From a virus: a DNA stretch of 64,000 nt. The stretch spans positions 1 to 64,000 of IMG/VR virus record IMGVR_UViG_3300033183_000491; one strand, 5' to 3'. Below are positions 8,700 through 17,281 of this stretch, piece after piece (the first letter of the stretch is position 1; every line of letters starts with the position of its first letter). The notes under the pieces were generated by a model. That model did not search any database. It was not told the origin of the DNA and worked only from the letters and a program-made list of their open reading frames with translations. Made by a program: the position numbers and the translations under genes.

Positions 8700-9218
8700 T
8701 TATAGTTTTTTATAAATCTTTTTCTTCAAGATTGATTTAATCTTCTTTCTGCTTTTTAAAACATCTTTAACATAAGGAGATTTATATTCATATTTTTTAT
8801 TGCATTCTTTGTTTCTAGAATTGTTGTAATAACATAATGATTTATTTAATGGTTTAAATCTTTTAACATAATATTTGAGTGCTCTTATACCATGATAAAA
8901 TAAATCACAATTTTTAAGTAATCCATCTCTTTTAATTGCTGATATTTTATTTTTTTTGTTTGGGCACCAATATTGATATTTTATTTGAAGAGGGCCTACA
9001 CATTTATACGGATTAGGTTTTTCTTGTAATGTTAGCCCTGATTCAACCCAGGCTGTTGCTAGTACTAAAGAAGTATCAATATTGAAATTTTTTGACTCTT
9101 CGATCAAAATTGAACAAACTGCTAAATTTTCTTCTGAAGGTTTAAATGTCGATAACTTTTCATAAACTTCAGAACAAAAATTATATTGTAGAAATATAGC
9201 TAAAAATAATTTAGTCAA
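8700..9218 (-). CDS. lytic transglycosylase (SLT domain)
   Basis: Catalytic-Glu context LVLATAWVESGL followed by VGPLQIKYQYW (GLMQI-like). Hydrophobic N-terminus. Confidence 0.65.
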   Translation of the reverse strand: MTKLFLAIFLQYNFCSEVYEKLSTFKPSEENLAVCSILIEESKNFNIDTSLVLATAWVESGLTLQEKPNPYKCVGPLQIKYQYWCPNKKNKISAIKRDGLLKNCDLFYHGIRALKYYVKRFKPLNKSLCYYNNSRNKECNKKYEYKSPYVKDVLKSRKKIKSILKKKIYKKL

Positions 9219-9408
9219 AACTCTTTTGAACGTCTCCTGATCTATAAATTTCTATTGAATCATCAGGGTATTTTATCTTGTAAAAGATTCTTACATCTGA
9301 TGTTCCGCCTACTGTCATTTGATTATTTGACTCAGTCAAAATTTCTACAACAATACCGATTCTGTTCATTTTTTGCCAATGATAAACTCTATCACCTTTT
9401 TTTATCAT
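9211..9408 (-). CDS. small SH3/KOW-like barrel protein (paralog family)
   Basis: MIKKGDRVYHW..RIGIVVEI pattern, shared with 11184, 55003, 57429 and 57661. Confidence 0.55.
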   Translation of the reverse strand: MIKKGDRVYHWQKMNRIGIVVEILTESNNQMTVGGTSDVRIFYKIKYPDDSIEIYRSGDVQKSFD

Positions 9409-9424
9409 TTAAATTCCTCGTTTT

Positions 9425-9453
9425 ATAATAAATTATTTTTTAAAAATATACAC
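9425..9453 (-). promoter_or_regulatory. GTGTAAAT-class promoter candidate upstream of 9211-9408
   Basis: Minus strand: TTAGTGTATATTTTTAAAAAATAATTTATTATAAAAC (-10 is TATTAT). Confidence 0.5.
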
Positions 9454-9459
9454 TAAAAT

Positions 9460-10002
9460 TTATCCAAGTACACCACATTTAATTAGTGATTGTAAAACAT
9501 CTAAAAGAGCTTTCGTAGAAGACTCTCTACAAGATGAACCAGTAAAATCCATTAAAGGTTTTAAGCACAAGTCAATATCATGTGGATTAGACATTAAGTG
9601 CTGAGAACAATTATCATATGATGATGTACACGGAACTGTCTGATGAGATTGACTTCTTAAACCACGATAGTGGTCTAAAGCTTCTGGGTGTTTTGCGTGG
9701 TATTCAATATGATCAACATATTCTTGAGGGGTTACTACACCGTCGTCATTTAAGTCAAAATGATGATGTAGCTCTTCAGGAGAAATATTACCTTGATGAT
9801 CAAATTCAATGTCGTGATGAGCTTCACCACTTTCTAAAGAATGAAAATCATAACTTGATTCCTCTACGTTTTCAGGGCATTGACATATTTCGCATCCACA
9901 ACAATCGCATAAAGCTTCACATCTGCATGGGCTATATCCACACCCAGAACATGTGTTTGATGCTAAATCAAGAAATTCTCTTATTAATTTTCTTTCGCTC
10001 AT
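9460..10002 (-). CDS. Cys/His-rich metal-binding protein with a canonical EF-hand loop and leader-type N-terminus
   Basis: N-terminus MSERKLIREFLDLAS. 11 Cys in CSGCGYSPCRCEALCDCCGCEICQC. Many His residues. 12-residue EF-hand loop DLNDDGVVTPQE. Confidence 0.6.
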   Translation of the reverse strand: MSERKLIREFLDLASNTCSGCGYSPCRCEALCDCCGCEICQCPENVEESSYDFHSLESGEAHHDIEFDHQGNISPEELHHHFDLNDDGVVTPQEYVDHIEYHAKHPEALDHYRGLRSQSHQTVPCTSSYDNCSQHLMSNPHDIDLCLKPLMDFTGSSCRESSTKALLDVLQSLIKCGVLG

Positions 10003-10039
10003 TACAAACCTTTCTAAAGTTTTTATATAAGTCTAATTA

Positions 10040-11200
10040 TTACTTAAAAGATTTATTTTTTTGTGTATAATCATGTGCTTCTTTTCTACTCATTCCATTA
10101 AAAATTAAATCGGATAATTCTTTTTGAGAGTTGACAATATTCTCCAAAGAATGACATCGACTCTCAGATTCTTCAGAAAGTATTTTTAAATTTTGAATTA
10201 CATAATTTAATCTATCAAGAGTAAAACATGCAATATGTGCAGCATCTTTAAAAATAATTCTTTCTGAAGATGAGTGAGAAATATCTCTTTCTAAAAGAGA
10301 AGTACAATTTTCTACAGCAGTAGAAAAATAAGATTTAAATAATCTAACTAATCCGCAAATATTTTCTGTTAAAATTGGATTCTTTTTATGTGGCATTGCA
10401 CTTGAACCTTTTTGTTTTTCCCTGAAAGGCTCAGACATTTCGTTTATTCCGTCAATACTATAGATTCTTATATCATAAGCTATTTTTTCAACAGCTAGCA
10501 TTAGTTGTAATATACCATAGAAATAATCAAGATAATATTGACGTGGAATGATTTGCGAAGAAACAACTGGTTTTAAGCCTAAAATATCTAATGCTATTTT
10601 TTCATTCATTATAGAATTAAAAGTATAGTTTCCTGATGTTCCACTAAGTTTTCCTAATTTAATTTTAGCATTAGCTTCAATTAAGGAATCATATCCTTTT
10701 CTCAATAGAGAAAGCCATCTATAAAATACATCATAATATGTTTGTATTTCAGCAGCTCTTCCATGAGTTCTAGATAAAATCCTTGATTTAGACTCTTCAG
10801 ATTTTAAGAGTCTATTTAGGTTATAAATAAGATTTGCAGCATAACCACAAATGACATTTAAACTTTCACTACACATTAAAGACAAAGATGTATCTAAAAT
10901 ATCTGAAGATGTTAGACCATAATGAATCCATCTTCCACTATTATCAGGAATAGATTCTTCTAACATTTGAACAAATGCTTGAACGTCATGATGAGTTTCT
11001 GACTCTATCTCTTTCCAACGGTCAATGTCAATTTTAATATTTTCTTTAATAGAATTAAATTCATCATCAACGATAGTTGGATCTGTAATGTTTAAAGTTA
11101 AAGACTCTAAGTGAGCTAATTCTACTTTAAGCCATGTTTTTAGTTTGTTTTCTGTTTTCCAAATATCATGAATTTTTTGAACTTTATACCTTGGTATCAT
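10040..11200 (-). CDS. purB: adenylosuccinate lyase
   Basis: Fumarate-lyase signature GSSAMPHKKNP. The N-terminus MIPRYKVQKIHDIWKTENKLKTWLKVE matches the Bacillus-type PurB N-terminus. Confidence 0.9.
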   Translation of the reverse strand: MIPRYKVQKIHDIWKTENKLKTWLKVELAHLESLTLNITDPTIVDDEFNSIKENIKIDIDRWKEIESETHHDVQAFVQMLEESIPDNSGRWIHYGLTSSDILDTSLSLMCSESLNVICGYAANLIYNLNRLLKSEESKSRILSRTHGRAAEIQTYYDVFYRWLSLLRKGYDSLIEANAKIKLGKLSGTSGNYTFNSIMNEKIALDILGLKPVVSSQIIPRQYYLDYFYGILQLMLAVEKIAYDIRIYSIDGINEMSEPFREKQKGSSAMPHKKNPILTENICGLVRLFKSYFSTAVENCTSLLERDISHSSSERIIFKDAAHIACFTLDRLNYVIQNLKILSEESESRCHSLENIVNSQKELSDLIFNGMSRKEAHDYTQKNKSFK

Positions 11201-11375
11201 TTTTTACCTTACTTATATTTTTTGTACTTACAACAATTAGTCTTTTATTATCATAGACTAAACAATAGTTTTTTATTTTTGAATCTATCTTGCTTGGACT
11301 ATAGTTTAAAAAAACCATGTATGATTTATAACTTTTATGATAAACCAAGTCTCCTTCTTTAAGATCATTTATCAT
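11184..11375 (-). CDS. small SH3/KOW-like barrel protein (paralog family)
   Basis: LKEGDLVYHKSYKSYMVFLNY pattern. Wedged between purA and purB, overlapping both. Confidence 0.5.
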   Translation of the reverse strand: MINDLKEGDLVYHKSYKSYMVFLNYSPSKIDSKIKNYCLVYDNKRLIVVSTKNISKVKNDTKV

Positions 11376-12573
11376 TATTAGACCAGACTATTTCGCCTCT
11401 CTTCGGTCCTGTTGTAAATGATATCTGATTTACTCCTGTATGCATTTCAATGTTATGTAATAGTTCAACAAATCCTAAGTCAGAAAGACTTACTGAGTTA
11501 ATCTTGTATGTTTTATATTTTCTTCCATGAACATAAAAATGTGGGTTGTCAATATGTGTCATAACGTCTGTTTTAACAACACATAAATGAGATACTCCAT
11601 TTTGTTTGACAGCTGTTCTGATTTCGTCTAAATCAATCCAACCACATTGTCTTGGTCTTCCCGTTGTTGCACCAAATTCTTGACCAACTTCAGATAATAT
11701 TTTTTCTTGGCCGTCTGTTATAATACTTGGAAAATCTCCACTTCCTACTTTTGTCTTATAAGACTTGATAACACCAATAACTTCATCGATCTGAGTGTGG
11801 TTAAGACCCGTTGAATTTAAAGCTCCTCCAATTGAAGGAGATGATGAAGTTACGTCAGGATAATTGTTAGAATAAATACTAAGTCCACTTCCTTGTGCAC
11901 CTTCTAAAAGAATATTATAGTTTCTATCATAATAATCTTGAATTAAATCAAATTCATCCTCAACAACATATCCCTTTAAAATAGAAGACATTTCCATAAA
12001 TTTTTCTTGCCAAGAATTAAAATTATTAAAATCTTTTTGTAAGTCTTCTAAAGTTTCTCCGTTCTGTGCTCTTTTTTCTTGAAGATCAAAAAACTTAGAT
12101 TGTATATTCATTAAAGATTTTTCAGGACTATTAATAATATCTTTAACTAAGATAGAATCTCTAGCATAAAAATCTGAATATGCTGGACCAATTCCTTTTG
12201 CAGTTGTTCCTAGTTTCTTTTGATACTTAAGTCTATCAATAATCTTATGTGTTGGTTCAATAATTGGACAAAATCCAGAAACTGTAAGGTTTTGTAGTGG
12301 CTTTACATTAAGATCCATGATTTCATCACAAAAATCTTCGATATCAAGAACGCATCCACGAGAAATTACATTTAATACTTCCTTTGATAAGACACCAACT
12401 GGAAGTATATGAGTTACAAATTTGTTTCCTTTTTTATCATATACAGTATGTCCTGCATTTCCTCCCCCTTGGAATCGAATAACGACATCTGCCCAAGTTT
12501 GAACTAAGTCATCTACGATTCTACCTTTTCCTTCGTCTCCATGTTGAAGACCTAAAACTAATTTAACTGGCAT
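11365..12573 (-). CDS. purA: adenylosuccinate synthetase
   Basis: GLQHGDEGKGRIVD P-loop, GGGNAGHTV, TTAKGIGPAYSD, GATTGRPRQCGW, and VVKTDV (guanine-specificity K.D). Confidence 0.85.
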   Translation of the reverse strand: MPVKLVLGLQHGDEGKGRIVDDLVQTWADVVIRFQGGGNAGHTVYDKKGNKFVTHILPVGVLSKEVLNVISRGCVLDIEDFCDEIMDLNVKPLQNLTVSGFCPIIEPTHKIIDRLKYQKKLGTTAKGIGPAYSDFYARDSILVKDIINSPEKSLMNIQSKFFDLQEKRAQNGETLEDLQKDFNNFNSWQEKFMEMSSILKGYVVEDEFDLIQDYYDRNYNILLEGAQGSGLSIYSNNYPDVTSSSPSIGGALNSTGLNHTQIDEVIGVIKSYKTKVGSGDFPSIITDGQEKILSEVGQEFGATTGRPRQCGWIDLDEIRTAVKQNGVSHLCVVKTDVMTHIDNPHFYVHGRKYKTYKINSVSLSDLGFVELLHNIEMHTGVNQISFTTGPKRGEIVWSNNDK

Positions 12574-13631
12574 TATTTACCCTTATTAAAAATATGTGGA
12601 TTACCTTCTGTATGTGAAGATGAAGTTTGTTTTCTAAAAACAGCTAACTCTTTAAGTTCTAAAAGGTTTGATGCGCCGCTATAAGACATACCACTTCTTA
12701 CATTCGACATGATTTCATTAATAACTTTAGATGTTGTTCCTTTATAAGGAACGAAGGAAGCGACTCCTTCAATTGAATTATAGGAACCTTTCCAATTTTT
12801 TTGTGCAGCTTTTGAAGCCATCCCGTTATATCTTTTAACTTTTCTTCCTTCTTGAGTAATTATTTTCCCTGGTGTTTCTTTAGTTCCACTTAAAATAGAA
12901 CCAAGCATTACAAAATCTGCACCTGCAGCAAGTGATTTAACAATATCACCAGAATTTTTTATTCCACCATCAGCTACAATATAAGGAACAAAGTTTTCAC
13001 CTTGATCTATTAGATCTTTCTTAGCTTGGTCACATTCAAGTACAGCCTGAAATGTTGGGATTCCGTGTCCAGTTTGGATTCTTGTTGTACAAATACTTCC
13101 ACTACCGACAGATGTTCTAATTGCATGAGCGCCTGATTTTGCTAATCTTTTATATGCATGTCCTGTTGCAACATTTCCTGCCATTATAAAAAGATGTGGA
13201 TACTCATTTCTAATATATTCTATTGCTTTTTCCATTAAGATATGATCACCATGTGCAATATCAATACAAACAATACTTAGATCATTTTTTACTAACTCTT
13301 CTAATCTTTCTTTGTAATCACCTGATGCTCCGATTGCAGCTGCCCTATAATCTCTATGATTAACATATCCTAATAGTTTTGATTGATAATCAATTGAATT
13401 ATATCTGTGAATAATCCCTAATCCCCCATGACTTATCATTGCATTGGACATATAAGACTCAGTAACTGTTGACATAGGGGAGCTAATAATTGGGATACTA
13501 AACCTTAAACTTTTGTCATTATATAAAACTTCAATAGATGTATCAATATTTTTCCTAGATACAAGATCAGAATATTGTGGTTCTAATATTACATCATCAA
13601 AGCTTAAAACTTCTTTTTCGATTATTCTCAT
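12573..13631 (-). CDS. IMPDH/GMP-reductase family oxidoreductase lacking the CBS/Bateman domain; GMP reductase favoured
   Basis: [34 protein letters not shown], catalytic-Cys loop GSGSICTTR and [26 protein letters not shown]. The flap [22 protein letters not shown] is short and has no Arg-Tyr dyad. Confidence 0.8.
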   Translation of the reverse strand: MRIIEKEVLSFDDVILEPQYSDLVSRKNIDTSIEVLYNDKSLRFSIPIISSPMSTVTESYMSNAMISHGGLGIIHRYNSIDYQSKLLGYVNHRDYRAAAIGASGDYKERLEELVKNDLSIVCIDIAHGDHILMEKAIEYIRNEYPHLFIMAGNVATGHAYKRLAKSGAHAIRTSVGSGSICTTRIQTGHGIPTFQAVLECDQAKKDLIDQGENFVPYIVADGGIKNSGDIVKSLAAGADFVMLGSILSGTKETPGKIITQEGRKVKRYNGMASKAAQKNWKGSYNSIEGVASFVPYKGTTSKVINEIMSNVRSGMSYSGASNLLELKELAVFRKQTSSSHTEGNPHIFNKGK

Positions 13632-13652
13632 TTTATTTCCTTTATATAGAAA

Positions 13653-13682
13653 AGTATAATAAATTAAATTTCTATTTACACC
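13653..13682 (-). promoter_or_regulatory. GTGTAAAT-class promoter candidate upstream of the 12573-13631 / purA / purB block
   Basis: Minus strand: TTGGTGTAAATAGAAATTTAATTTATTATACTTTTC. Confidence 0.55.
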
Positions 13683-13688
13683 AAAGAA

Positions 13689-14609
13689 TTACATATCATT
13701 TAAAAAATCTTTTCTATATTTTAGTAAAGCTTTTTCTTTACATTTAGCTTCTAACATTATATCGACAGATTTTCCAACACTGTCAAAGGGTTTATAATAA
13801 TAATCAGAGTGAGCAGCTGCAGACCTAATTGAAGAGTCTTCGAATTCTTTTTTTCCATTTGAATGGTGACAAGTTGGACGAATTGTTGAAGGCCAAGAAT
13901 CATATGCCATCTCAAATGATTCTTTATAAGGAGCATCTTCTGGGCCAATACTGAAATGGTGTGAATCAAATACAATTGGAATTTTTGAAACTTTATAAAT
14001 ATTGTCATATAAAAACTTTGTACTAAACATAGCAGGTTTATCATCATTTTCTACTGTTAGTCTTGATTGAACTGAAGGTGATAGTTTTCTAAAGTTTTTA
14101 TTAAAGTTATCAGCAGCTAACTTTCTGTTGCCTCCACATGTTGACCCTAAATGAATATTAATTTTAGACCAATGATTTTGATCTAATCCCATCAAGTCAA
14201 ATATTTTACCATGAATTTCTAGATCTTTAATACACAATTCAACAACATGGTCTTTTTCTGAAGCTAGACAATTAAATTGACCAGGATGGAAAGAAACTCT
14301 TTGATTAATTACTTTAGTGTAGTCACCAGCCATTTTAAGATAATGAGCTATTTCTTCATAGTCAGGTAGATCTTGTAAATTATATTCAGATGCCCAAGGT
14401 GCAATCTCTGAAGATATTCTAAAAACTTTTACATTGTTTTTGTAATTCCAATGGAAAATAGGTAATAAGTCTTTTACATTTTGAAGAACTATTTTTGAAA
14501 CATACGGAAGACCTTTAGATTCAAAGGTTGCTTTTCTCATAGTCCTAGAGTTAAAAATATTCTTTTCTCTAAGTTCCATGTTGATACAAGCATATCCGAA
14601 TTGATTCAT
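13689..14609 (-). CDS. uvdE: UV damage endonuclease
   Basis: N-terminus FGYACINMEL, FRISSEIAPW, SFHPGQF, IHLGS, TVENDD and FDSHHF. This is the UvdE/UvsE TIM-barrel motif series in order. Confidence 0.85.
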   Translation of the reverse strand: MNQFGYACINMELREKNIFNSRTMRKATFESKGLPYVSKIVLQNVKDLLPIFHWNYKNNVKVFRISSEIAPWASEYNLQDLPDYEEIAHYLKMAGDYTKVINQRVSFHPGQFNCLASEKDHVVELCIKDLEIHGKIFDLMGLDQNHWSKINIHLGSTCGGNRKLAADNFNKNFRKLSPSVQSRLTVENDDKPAMFSTKFLYDNIYKVSKIPIVFDSHHFSIGPEDAPYKESFEMAYDSWPSTIRPTCHHSNGKKEFEDSSIRSAAAHSDYYYKPFDSVGKSVDIMLEAKCKEKALLKYRKDFLNDM

Positions 14610-14637
14610 TTTAATTTCCTTAGTAAAATATTTTTTT

Positions 14638-14669
14638 ATTATAATACTTCAAAGGAAATAAAATTACAC
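14638..14669 (-). promoter_or_regulatory. GTGTAAAT-class promoter candidate upstream of uvdE
   Basis: Minus strand: AAGTGTAATTTTATTTCCTTTGAAGTATTATAATAAA. Confidence 0.55.
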
Positions 14670-14691
14670 TTAAAAATAAAATATATTAAAT

Positions 14692-15753
14692 CTATCTCTG
14701 TGGATCCTTATAAACTTTAGCGTCGTAGGTGTCATGTGTATATGTTAGGTCTAAAATTTTCAAACTTTCAGGTGATAATGAATTATTTTCTAAGTCAGAT
14801 TTGTCAATCCCGATATTAGCTAAGCTGAAATCGTGATAAAAATTTTCTCCTGTCATTAATAATAGATTTCTAATATCTGGAAAATTTCTTGTTCTTTCTA
14901 ATATAAAGTCATAATCTTCTTTTAAATCACTATATACAGTGGTTTTTCTATCATTTTTGATTTTGTTTCCATTTTTATCAAGTTCATATTCACCGTTTTC
15001 GTCAAGTTTATATTCAGGTTTAGTATAATCAATATAATAAACATCGTCATCTGCCATGTTTTCAATAGCTTCAATAAGATATTCTGATGTAATAGAGTCA
15101 GAAGGAATAAATGACTCTCCAAAAGTTTGTTTAAAATGGCTTGCTAAAGATTTTAGAAATAAATCTAATGTTGATACAAATTGATGAGGATTTAAATCTT
15201 CTCTGAATATTGCTGAAATTGTTGGCAATACTTTTTTAATTTGATCTTTAGTAAGATATAAAATTTCAGTAGCTACTTCTTCACCTTCACCATAAACAGT
15301 CCCAACCTTTTCAGCAAAAATCCAAACTGGATTTTCTTCCAAGTCATAATCATATAACTTTGTAAATACTTTTCTAGACCCAGACCCATAATCACTTTTT
15401 GAAACGTTTATTTCTTTTGAATTTGATCTAACACCTCTTATTCCATTTGCAATCTTTAAGATTACGTCTTCAACACCACGTATAAAGAATACAACTCTTT
15501 GAGCGCCTTCTCCTTTTATTTCAAGACCAAGTTCGTTTGATCTTTTTTCTACTGTCACTAAGAACTCGTGATATCTGTCTTGTCGAAAATTTTCTTGTGA
15601 CCAATTACTATAATCTTCAGAAAAAATTTCATTCTTAATTTTAATTAAATCGTTTTTTAATAAATCTAGTTTTTTACCTTCTTCAAAAGTTAAAGATTCA
15701 TTTAAAAAATCTTTCCAGACATTAAAGAAAAAGTTTTTATCTTTATAACTCAT
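14692..15753 (-). CDS. protein-kinase-like fold protein (paralog of the 21702-22976 C-terminal half), leader-type N-terminus
   Basis: GEGAQRVVFF (Gly loop), VILKIA (VAIK-like Lys), NPVWIFAEKV (hinge), HDFSLAN (D-x4-N catalytic loop) and KILDL (DFG-position Asp). N-terminus NFFFNVWKDFLNES. TAG stop. Confidence 0.5.
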   Translation of the reverse strand: MSYKDKNFFFNVWKDFLNESLTFEEGKKLDLLKNDLIKIKNEIFSEDYSNWSQENFRQDRYHEFLVTVEKRSNELGLEIKGEGAQRVVFFIRGVEDVILKIANGIRGVRSNSKEINVSKSDYGSGSRKVFTKLYDYDLEENPVWIFAEKVGTVYGEGEEVATEILYLTKDQIKKVLPTISAIFREDLNPHQFVSTLDLFLKSLASHFKQTFGESFIPSDSITSEYLIEAIENMADDDVYYIDYTKPEYKLDENGEYELDKNGNKIKNDRKTTVYSDLKEDYDFILERTRNFPDIRNLLLMTGENFYHDFSLANIGIDKSDLENNSLSPESLKILDLTYTHDTYDAKVYKDPQR

Positions 15754-15809
15754 TGTATCCTCTTTTAAAATAATTTCTATAATTATATTTATATTTCAAA
15801 GGTATTATA

Positions 15810-16097
15810 ATGCTACCATTTAAAGAAAAAATTATTGAAGAAACAGAAACTTACGTTTTAGTTCAAAGAGATTTTAATTCTTTATCAAAAGAAGAAGATT
15901 TAAATTGGCATTTAGATGAAGAAGACAGGGAAATTTTTGTTATTAAAGGTGATGGTTGGTATCTTCAAATGGAAGATGAGTTACCTAAACCTATGCAGAA
16001 ACAATCTTTATTTAAAATACCTAGAGAAATATGGCATAGGATAATTAATAAAAACGGGACAAATTTAATAATAAACGTGAGGAAATATAAATGTTAA
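15810..16097 (+). CDS. hypothetical protein (first gene of a plus-strand island)
   Basis: 95-aa ORF. Its stop overlaps the next start. A weak cupin-like impression only. Confidence 0.5.
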   Translation: MLPFKEKIIEETETYVLVQRDFNSLSKEEDLNWHLDEEDREIFVIKGDGWYLQMEDELPKPMQKQSLFKIPREIWHRIINKNGTNLIINVRKYKC

Positions 16098-16309
16098 GCT
16101 TGCTTGAAAGTTTTATATATGAAATAATCATCGAAGAAGGAAACAAACCTCCTAAGTGGTTAAAAAAATCAAAAAAAGCTATTTATAAAGGAAAAATAGT
16201 AAAAGTAATTGAAGCTGATGGTCCTGGCCCAATGTCTATTATTAAATTAAAAAATGGAAAAGGCAAGGTCAAACAAGTTTTATCTAAAGATTTAAAGCCG
16301 GTTAAATAA
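16091..16309 (+). CDS. leader-family small basic protein
   Basis: MLSLLESFIYEIIIEEG leader followed by a Lys-rich KOW-like body (KGKIVKVIE..KLKNGKGKVKQV). Confidence 0.65.
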   Translation: MLSLLESFIYEIIIEEGNKPPKWLKKSKKAIYKGKIVKVIEADGPGPMSIIKLKNGKGKVKQVLSKDLKPVK

Positions 16310-16310
16310 A

Positions 16311-16688
16311 ATGAATATTTTGTTAGAATCATATATAAAGGAAATATTATTAAATGAAACAAAGAAAGACCCTAAAGTAGGTACAGGGAAAAAACCTAAA
16401 GGGAGTGGAAGACGTTTATATACAGATGAAAACCCAAAAGATACAGTAAGAGTTAAATTTAGAACTGCTGAAGATATAAGAAAAACTTTATCTAAAAAAT
16501 CATTTAAATCTAAGTCACATGCTAGACAATCTCAAATTATTAATTTAATACATCAAAGAGTTAGAGCAGCTTATAAAAATGCAAAAGACCCTAAAGTCAA
16601 AGCTAGACTTAAAAGAGCATATGACTATGCATGTAAAAGAAAAGAATCTTCTAAGAAAAAAACAAAAAGATTAAATAAGAAAAAGTGA
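16311..16688 (+). CDS. leader-family polybasic protein
   Basis: MNILLESYIKEILLNET leader. The remainder is very rich in Lys/Arg (KKPKGSGRR..KKKTKRLNKKK). Confidence 0.65.
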   Translation: MNILLESYIKEILLNETKKDPKVGTGKKPKGSGRRLYTDENPKDTVRVKFRTAEDIRKTLSKKSFKSKSHARQSQIINLIHQRVRAAYKNAKDPKVKARLKRAYDYACKRKESSKKKTKRLNKKK

Positions 16689-16697
16689 GTAAGTAAA

Positions 16698-16946
16698 ATG
16701 GAATTTATTTTATTAGAAGAATTTATAAGAGAATTTATATTTAAAGAGTCTAATAAATCAAAAAAGAAAAGACCCGGCAAAAAAGAATATTATAAAGGGA
16801 CAAAAGAAAGCAATAAGTCTATGGCATATGAAATAGACAAATGCAGTCCTACTGGTAAACCTAAGGGTTGGAAGGCACCTAAGTCATGTTACTCTTACTG
16901 GGATGCTGATAAAAAATACGATAAGTCAAAAAAGAAAAAGAAATGA
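16698..16946 (+). CDS. leader-family polybasic protein
   Basis: MEFILLEEFIREFIFKES leader, then KSKKKRPGKK...KSKKKKK. Confidence 0.65.
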   Translation: MEFILLEEFIREFIFKESNKSKKKRPGKKEYYKGTKESNKSMAYEIDKCSPTGKPKGWKAPKSCYSYWDADKKYDKSKKKKK

Positions 16947-17281
16947 ACGATTTAATATTATTAGAAAATTTAATAAAAGAGTTAGTTTTAATTGAAGCTA
17001 AAAAAAGAAAAAAGAAAAAATCAACAACTCTTTCAGATAAAACGAGAAAAACTCTAAAGAAAAAGGCTGAAGATGCTAACATGCCTTTAGGTGCTTTGAC
17101 TGCTGTTTATAGAAAAGGATTAGCTGCTTGGCTTACTGGACATAGACAAGGAGTCTCTCAACATCAATGGGCTATGGGAAGAGTTAATTCTTTTATTAGG
17201 GGTGGAAAAACAAGATCAGTTGATAAAGCTGAATATAAAAAAGTTCAAGACTTTAGAAAAAAGAAGAGAAAGAAAAAATGA
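16943..17281 (+). CDS. leader-family basic protein with a conserved-looking C-terminal domain
   Basis: MNDLILLENLIKELVLIEAKKRKKKKS leader and basic tract, then GALTAVYRKGLAAWLTGHRQGVSQHQWAMGRVNSF. Confidence 0.65.
   Translation: MNDLILLENLIKELVLIEAKKRKKKKSTTLSDKTRKTLKKKAEDANMPLGALTAVYRKGLAAWLTGHRQGVSQHQWAMGRVNSFIRGGKTRSVDKAEYKKVQDFRKKKRKKK

Noticed and set aside
11365-12573. PurA homolog as PurZ (2-aminoadenine/Z-genome biosynthesis), given the adjacent purB and a MazG/dUTPase-like gene at 61093.
   Set aside because: The protein keeps the PurA-type GDEGKG loop and the guanine-specificity K.D motif (VVKTDV). It is co-transcribed with an IMP-producing GMPR-like enzyme, and no DatZ-like dATPase was seen. 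It is kept only as a low-probability alternative under the purine finding.
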